Shown piece by piece: positions 58,012 to 64,000 of a stretch of 64,000 nucleotides of DNA. Position 1 is the first letter of the stretch, and each line of letters begins with the position of its first letter. The stretch lies in the NCBI RefSeq assembly GCF_050920415.1, contig NZ_CP169309.1; one strand, given 5' to 3'. A program made the position numbers and the translations under genes. The notes below the pieces were generated by a model that saw only the letters and a list, made by a program, of their open reading frames with translations, ran no database searches and had not been told where the DNA came from. This stretch comes from Escherichia coli (GTDB lineage Bacteria; Pseudomonadota; Gammaproteobacteria; Enterobacterales; Enterobacteriaceae).

Positions 58012-60324
58012 CTATTCATTAATCCCTCCCCATATCATATCGATATTCAAATGCAACAATCTGACGTCTATTGTCTGCTCGCTGTCAGTGGTGAATATTT
58101 CCGTATACCCATCCTTATCCGTTTCTCCGCGGGTCTGCGTGCCGTCCTCAAAGAAGGCAATGTAGCGTGTCTCTGAATACGGTATCCCGTCATCGTCTGT
58201 AAAATGGAACTGGAGAGTATATTTTTCAGGGTTCTCATCATCATTCTCATCCTCCAGCGCCTCCAGTACAACCGGTTGCAGCGTCGATACTGGCGTCCCC
58301 GGACCTCCCCCACCATTCAGGTTTATCTTCGGCCCCACTATATCCACGCCGCCAGAGTGTATCACCACGAACGAACCGCCCGCTTTCAGGCTTATCTGGC
58401 TGCTGCTCTCCAGCACGATATCCCCGTCCACCTTTATCCCCAGCGCGCCACTCACCTTCTCCGCCAGGTCACCCTTCACCTCCAGGCTGTGTTTCCCCTC
58501 CACCAGGCTGATATGGTTTCCCGTCGTCTTATGCTCCTGCTTCCCTTCCACCGTCACTTTACGGTCGTTTCTGACATACAGGCCGTCATCGTGACTCACG
58601 CTCACCGTCCGGTCATTCGTCACCTTCAGCGTCTGGTCATTACGTACCGTTATGCGCCGGTCGTTCGCCACCGTGATACTCTGGTCGTGACCCCCTTCTT
58701 TTCTGGTGCCGACCTCAACCGTCTGCCCCTTCACCACCCTTATCTTCTGGTCGTTACCGATGGTCTCCGTATGGTCATGCTTCACGTCCGTCGTCCGGTC
58801 GTTAAGCACCTCCGTGTCCATGTTCTTCTGCGCGTGGATATACACCTGCTCACTGTCCGTCGCATCCTCGAAACGCAGTTCATTAAAGCCGCTTCCTTTA
58901 TAGGTCTTCGAGCGGATGGTCATCTGCGTCCGCGTGCCCGGTAAATCCCCCGGTGAACGGTTATCTTCATGGTAGGTCCGCCCCGTCACAATGGGCTGGT
59001 CCGGGTCGCCGTTCAGAAAGTCCACTATCACTTCCTGACCCACACGCGGTATCGCCAGATTGCCGAACCCCGGTCCCGCCCATGCCTGCGACACCCGTAT
59101 CCAGCATGAACTCTCCTCCGTCATCCCGTGATAACGGTCCCAGTGAAACTTCACCCGTACCCGGCCATGCTCGTCGCAGAATATCTCCTCACCCTTCGGC
59201 CCGGTCACGATGGCACTCTGCGGGCCGTCCACCTTCGGCTTCGGCAGCGGCGCGTGACGCCACGTCCTGTCTGCCGGTATCACCTCAAACTGATTGCTCA
59301 GTGTCGTCCCTTCACCGTGACTCCCGTGCAGCGCCTGCGGCTGTTCTCCCCGCAGTGTGCTTCCCACAACCTGCCATTCCCGGTTCAGCGTCGCTGACGG
59401 ATGGCCCGTCAGCCGGAACCGCGTTCCCGGCCACAGCCGCGCCGTGTTACACACCCCGCTCGCCGTCTCCGCCCCGTTCCGCCACCCTTCCGTCTGGTAA
59501 CGCGCAAAATCCTGGCCATGCTGCTCATCCTTGAAACGCCCCGGATAATCAAATATCTCGTACTGCGTTCCCTGTCCGTTCAGGCTCTCCCCGTCATGGC
59601 TGTAGTACCCCGGCCACCCCGGCGTTTTGAACGTATAATCCTGCGTCTCCACCGACGCCACGCTTATCTGCGCACGGTAACGGAAGTCGCGGATGTACTC
59701 TGTCGTGCCTCCGGTCGTGGTATTCGGGTTAAACGCCAGCGCCCCCATTCCCGTCAGCCCCGCCACGTCATCACACACCGCCAGCTTCTGTTCCGGCCCG
59801 TCCTGACTGCAGCGTTCATAAAAGAAGATACCTTCCTCCGCCCACAGCCGGGTCAGGAATGTCAGGTCGCTCTCCCCGTACTGCACGCAGAACTCCCGCG
59901 CCGGGTGCGCCTCATAGAACAGCGGCATCCACGCCGTCACCCCGTTCTCTTCAAGAAGCTGCGCTGATATCGTCTGAATGTCCTGCTGCTGGAAGATACG
60001 GAAGTTCTGCCGTAACCCTGCCCGCCACAGCGGCGGGCTGATGCTCAGGGAATAACGCATCTGCCAGTCGTTGTTCTCACCGAGCTGCACCTCTGTCACG
60101 ATACCGCTGACGTAACGCTGTGCAGTGTCGCCCTGCCAGACCGTCAGCACCGCGCTTTTCTCCAGAAAATCTTCTGCCGTCAGGTCAGACAGTCCGCTGG
60201 CGATATCCACATCCAGGATGAACGGTGTGCAGTGGTGCTGGTACAGACGGAAGCTCACCACCGCCGTCGCCATCTCCACAATACCGTCCACCGACAGCGT
60301 GAAACGTAATCCTTCTGCTGCCAT
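58012..60324 (-). CDS. vgrG: T6SS spike protein VgrG (copy A) with about 100-aa C-terminal extension, 770 aa from MAAEGLRFTL (the ORF in the track starts 11 codons upstream)
   Basis: Same domain order as copy B; extra C-terminal tail ...EKYTLQFHFTDDDGIPYSETRYIAFFEDGTQTRGETDKDGYTEIFTTDSEQTIDVRLL... Confidence 0.9.
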   Translation of the reverse strand: MAAEGLRFTLSVDGIVEMATAVVSFRLYQHHCTPFILDVDIASGLSDLTAEDFLEKSAVLTVWQGDTAQRYVSGIVTEVQLGENNDWQMRYSLSISPPLWRAGLRQNFRIFQQQDIQTISAQLLEENGVTAWMPLFYEAHPAREFCVQYGESDLTFLTRLWAEEGIFFYERCSQDGPEQKLAVCDDVAGLTGMGALAFNPNTTTGGTTEYIRDFRYRAQISVASVETQDYTFKTPGWPGYYSHDGESLNGQGTQYEIFDYPGRFKDEQHGQDFARYQTEGWRNGAETASGVCNTARLWPGTRFRLTGHPSATLNREWQVVGSTLRGEQPQALHGSHGEGTTLSNQFEVIPADRTWRHAPLPKPKVDGPQSAIVTGPKGEEIFCDEHGRVRVKFHWDRYHGMTEESSCWIRVSQAWAGPGFGNLAIPRVGQEVIVDFLNGDPDQPIVTGRTYHEDNRSPGDLPGTRTQMTIRSKTYKGSGFNELRFEDATDSEQVYIHAQKNMDTEVLNDRTTDVKHDHTETIGNDQKIRVVKGQTVEVGTRKEGGHDQSITVANDRRITVRNDQTLKVTNDRTVSVSHDDGLYVRNDRKVTVEGKQEHKTTGNHISLVEGKHSLEVKGDLAEKVSGALGIKVDGDIVLESSSQISLKAGGSFVVIHSGGVDIVGPKINLNGGGGPGTPVSTLQPVVLEALEDENDDENPEKYTLQFHFTDDDGIPYSETRYIAFFEDGTQTRGETDKDGYTEIFTTDSEQTIDVRLLHLNIDMIWGGINE

Positions 60325-60539
60325 ATAAACCCCATAGCTACCGCACTCATAGTGCAAACCATACGGGCTTATAAGAAAGGCTTAAGTGAGATATCTGCCA
60401 GATAGCAACTATTAGGAAAATATTTATATCACCATGATAAATATGTGATTTATTGGGAGATAACAAACCATCAACATTTTCTGCCCTTTTTCCCATCACC
60501 AGGCCATACTGATATTTTTCCTCGCACAAAGGACTCGGC

Positions 60540-61148
60540 ATGAAACTCGTCGGTAGCTACACCAGCCCGTTTGTACGCAAACTTTCTATTCTGTTGTTAG
60601 AAAAGGGCATAACTTTCGAATTTATTAATGAACTGCCCTATAACGCGGACAACGGCGTGGCGCAATTTAACCCGTTAGGGAAAGTGCCGGTGCTGGTGAC
60701 CGAAGAGGGCGAATGTTGGTTTGATTCGCCGATCATCGCTGAATATATTGAATTAATGAATGTCGCTCCGGCGATGTTGCCGCGCGATCCGCTGGAGTCG
60801 TTGCGAGTGCGCAAAATTGAGGCGCTGGCGGATGGCATTATGGATGCCGGGCTGGTATCGGTGCGTGAACAGGCGCGTCCGGCGGCGCAGCAGTCTGAAG
60901 ATGAATTGTTACGCCAGCGGGAGAAAATCAACCGCAGTCTGGATGTGCTGGAAGGATATCTGGTCGATGGCACGCTCAAAACCGATACGGTCAATCTGGC
61001 GACTATCGCCATTGCCTGTGCCGTCGGATATCTCAATTTCCGCCGCGTTGCGCCAGGCTGGTGTGTCGACCGCCCACACTTAGTCAAACTGGTCGAAAAC
61101 CTGTTTAGCCGCGAAAGTTTTGCCCGCACCGAACCGCCAAAGGCTTGA
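60540..61148 (+). CDS. yibF: Glutathione S-transferase family protein YibF, 202 aa
   Basis: [31 protein letters not shown]... GST N- and C-domains. Confidence 0.9.
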
Positions 61149-61245
61149 TGCGCGATATGTCCTCCTGACCCATCTCACGTTACAATCCGTGGTTATGTTA
61201 AACGCCCTTCTCCGTGTGAGAGGGCCTTGATCAACCAGGTTTCCT

Positions 61246-62637
61246 ATGACAACCGAAACGCGTTCCCTCTATAGTCAACTTCCGGCTATTGATCGCTTAT
61301 TGCGCGATAGCTCTTTCCTTTCTTTGCGTGATACCTATGGTCACACCCGCGTGGTGGAGTTGCTGCGTCAGATGCTTGACGAAGCGCGAGAAGTGATTCG
61401 TGACAGCCAGACGCTACCCGCGTGGTGTGAAAACTGGGCGCAAGAAGTTGATGCCCGGTTGACGAAAGAGGCGCAAAGCGCGCTGCGTCCGGTGATCAAC
61501 CTGACGGGAACCGTGCTGCATACCAACCTTGGGCGAGCTTTACAGGCGGAAGCCGCGGTGGAGGCTGTTGCGCAGGCTATGCGTTCGCCAGTAACCCTCG
61601 AATACGATCTGGACGACGCCGGACGCGGACATCGCGATCGGGCGCTGGCGCAGCTGCTGTGCCGTATTACGGGGGCGGAAGATGCCTGTATCGTTAATAA
61701 CAATGCGGCGGCGGTCTTGTTGATGTTGGCGGCCATTGCCAGCGGGAAAGAGGTTGTGGTTTCTCGCGGTGAACTGGTGGAGATTGGCGGTGCGTTTCGT
61801 ATTCCCGATGTTATGCGCCAGGCAGGCTGCACACTACACGAAGTGGGGACCACCAACCGCACGCACACTAATGATTATCGTCAGGCGGTGAATGAAAATA
61901 CCGCTCTGTTGATGAAAGTACATACCAGTAACTACAGCATTCAGGGGTTCACCAAAGCGATAGATGAAGCTGAACTGGTGGCGCTCGGCAAAGAGCTGGA
62001 TGTTCCCGTAGTGACTGACTTAGGCAGCGGCTCGCTGGTCGATCTTAGCCAGTACGGTTTGCCGAAAGAGCCAATGCCGCAGGAGTTGATTGCGGCGGGC
62101 GTCAGTCTGGTGAGCTTCTCCGGCGACAAGCTGTTAGGCGGGCCGCAGGCAGGAATTATTGTTGGTAAAAAAGAGATGATCGCCCGCCTGCAAAGCCATC
62201 CACTGAAGCGTGCATTACGCGCGGATAAAATGACCCTCGCGGCGCTGGAAGCCACGTTGCGTCTTTATTTACACCCTGAGGCGCTGAGTGAAAAATTACC
62301 GACCCTGCGTCTGCTTACCCGCAGCGCAGAGGTCATTCAAATCCAGGCACAACGTTTACAGGCCCCCCTTGCCGCACATTACGGCGCGGAGTTTGCGGTA
62401 CAGGTTATGCCATGTCTTTCGCAGATTGGCAGTGGTTCGCTGCCGGTTGATCGCCTGCCGAGCGCGGCATTAACGTTTACACCCCATGATGGACGCGGTA
62501 GCCACCTTGAGTCATTAGCCGCCCGCTGGCGTGAATTGCCAGTGCCGGTGATTGGTCGTATTTATGACGGACGATTGTGGCTGGATTTACGCTGCCTTGA
62601 AGATGAGCAACGGTTTTTGGAGATGTTGTTGAAATGA
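61246..62637 (+). CDS. selA: L-seryl-tRNA(Sec) selenium transferase, 463 aa
   Basis: [48 protein letters not shown]... Confidence 0.95.
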   Translation: MTTETRSLYSQLPAIDRLLRDSSFLSLRDTYGHTRVVELLRQMLDEAREVIRDSQTLPAWCENWAQEVDARLTKEAQSALRPVINLTGTVLHTNLGRALQAEAAVEAVAQAMRSPVTLEYDLDDAGRGHRDRALAQLLCRITGAEDACIVNNNAAAVLLMLAAIASGKEVVVSRGELVEIGGAFRIPDVMRQAGCTLHEVGTTNRTHTNDYRQAVNENTALLMKVHTSNYSIQGFTKAIDEAELVALGKELDVPVVTDLGSGSLVDLSQYGLPKEPMPQELIAAGVSLVSFSGDKLLGGPQAGIIVGKKEMIARLQSHPLKRALRADKMTLAALEATLRLYLHPEALSEKLPTLRLLTRSAEVIQIQAQRLQAPLAAHYGAEFAVQVMPCLSQIGSGSLPVDRLPSAALTFTPHDGRGSHLESLAARWRELPVPVIGRIYDGRLWLDLRCLEDEQRFLEMLLK

Positions 62638-64000
62638 TTATTGCGACTGCCGGACACGTTGACCACGGCAAAACAACCTTATTGCAGGCGATTACTGGCG
62701 TAAATGCCGACCGTCTGCCGGAAGAAAAAAAGCGCGGCATGACCATCGATCTCGGCTATGCCTACTGGCCGCAGCCGGATGGTCGTGTTCCGGGTTTTAT
62801 CGACGTTCCCGGTCATGAAAAGTTTCTTTCCAACATGCTGGCGGGCGTCGGGGGTATCGATCACGCGCTGTTGGTGGTGGCGTGCGATGACGGCGTGATG
62901 GCACAGACCCGTGAGCATCTGGCGATTTTACAGCTGACCGGTAACCCGATGCTGACCGTGGCGCTGACCAAAGCCGATCGCGTGGACGAAGCGCGTGTTG
63001 ATGAGGTTGAACGCCAGGTAAAGGAGGTACTGCGGGAATACGGTTTTGCTGAGGCAAAACTGTTTATCACCGCAGCAACCGAAGGCCGGGGAATTGATGC
63101 CCTGCGCGAGCATCTGCTTCAGTTACCAGAGCGTGAACACGCCAGCCAACATAGCTTCCGCCTCGCTATCGACCGTGCTTTTACCGTAAAAGGTGCCGGG
63201 CTGGTCGTCACCGGTACGGCGTTAAGTGGGGAAGTGAAGGTAGGCGATTCACTCTGGCTGACTGGTGTAAATAAACCGATGCGCGTGCGTGCGCTGCATG
63301 CGCAAAATCAGCCAACAAATGCAGCTCATGCCGGGCAGCGTATTGCGCTTAACATCGCGGGTGATGCGGAAAAAGAGCAGATTAACCGTGGCGACTGGCT
63401 GCTTGCCGATGCGCCGCCGGAGCCGTTCACACGGGTGATTGTCGAGCTTCAAACCCATACACCGCTGACCCAGTGGCAGCCGCTGCATATTCACCACGCC
63501 GCCAGCCACGTCACGGGACGCGTTTCGCTGCTGGAAGATAACCTTGCCGAGCTGGTGCTCGACACCCCGTTATGGCTGGCAGATAACGATCGCCTGGTGC
63601 TGCGCGATATCTCGGCCCGCAACACGCTGGCGGGGGCGCGCGTGGTGATGCTTAACCCGCCGCGTCGCGGTAAGCGTAAGCCGGAATATCTGCAATGGCT
63701 GGCGTCTCTTGCACGGGCGCAGAGCGATGCCGATGCGTTAGCTATTCATCTGGAACGCGGAACGGTTAACCTTGCTGATTTCGCCTGGGCGCGCCAGCTC
63801 AACGGCGAAGGGATGCGTGAACTGCTGCAGCAACCGGGCTATATTCAGGCCGGTTACAGCTTGCTGAATGCACCGGTTGCCGCTCGTTGGCAGCGGAAAA
63901 TTCTCGATACCCTGGCGACTTATCATGAGCAGCATCGCGATGAACCAGGTCCTGGGCGCGAGCGTCTGCGGCGCATGGCGTTGCCAATGGAAGATGAAGC
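62634..64000 (+). CDS. selB: Selenocysteine-specific elongation factor SelB, 5' portion (runs off the window end); start overlaps selA stop (ATGA)
   Basis: [45 protein letters not shown]... GTPase G1 motif; open to end of window. Confidence 0.9.
   Translation, partial: MIIATAGHVDHGKTTLLQAITGVNADRLPEEKKRGMTIDLGYAYWPQPDGRVPGFIDVPGHEKFLSNMLAGVGGIDHALLVVACDDGVMAQTREHLAILQLTGNPMLTVALTKADRVDEARVDEVERQVKEVLREYGFAEAKLFITAATEGRGIDALREHLLQLPEREHASQHSFRLAIDRAFTVKGAGLVVTGTALSGEVKVGDSLWLTGVNKPMRVRALHAQNQPTNAAHAGQRIALNIAGDAEKEQINRGDWLLADAPPEPFTRVIVELQTHTPLTQWQPLHIHHAASHVTGRVSLLEDNLAELVLDTPLWLADNDRLVLRDISARNTLAGARVVMLNPPRRGKRKPEYLQWLASLARAQSDADALAIHLERGTVNLADFAWARQLNGEGMRELLQQPGYIQAGYSLLNAPVAARWQRKILDTLATYHEQHRDEPGPGRERLRRMALPMEDE

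Noticed and set aside
48172-60357. Possible Rhs element (rhsA) at this locus
   Set aside because: Expected from the K-12 gene order, but none of the large ORFs has YD repeats or an Rhs core; the two large ORFs have the VgrG domain order and the downstream ORFs are non-Rhs.

Overview
This window is an Escherichia coli-type chromosomal segment running mutM-coaD-waaA, through a complete K-12-type LPS core (waa) cluster, kbl-tdh, waaH, yibQ-envC-gpmM, yibN-grxC-secB-gpsA-cysE, trmL, lldDRP and the mtl operon to yibF-selA-selB. All gene identities are recognised from the translated ORFs and gene order; no search was run. Housekeeping content fills roughly 1-32 kb and 38.8-44.6 kb. Three accessory features stand out. 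First, a 1658-aa trimeric autotransporter adhesin with tandem repeats and an upstream lipoprotein sits between lldP and yibL. Second, yibH is split by a 2124-bp IS21-family element with a 4-bp target duplication, and the element's own istA is frameshifted. Third, and most notable, the position where rhsA lies in K-12 (48.1-60.4 kb) instead holds a VgrG-linked polymorphic toxin island: two vgrG genes, each followed by a non-Rhs candidate effector and a signal-peptide-bearing candidate immunity gene, plus a displaced, frameshifted orphan toxin module with a different C-terminal domain, separated by H-repeat (ISAs1-type) transposase fragments. No T6SS core, hcp, PAAR or adaptor genes are in the window. 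Effector domain assignments (GH19-like lysozyme with an EF-hand loop, HExxH metallopeptidase, muramidase-like orphan) rest on motifs read by eye and need profile searches to confirm.
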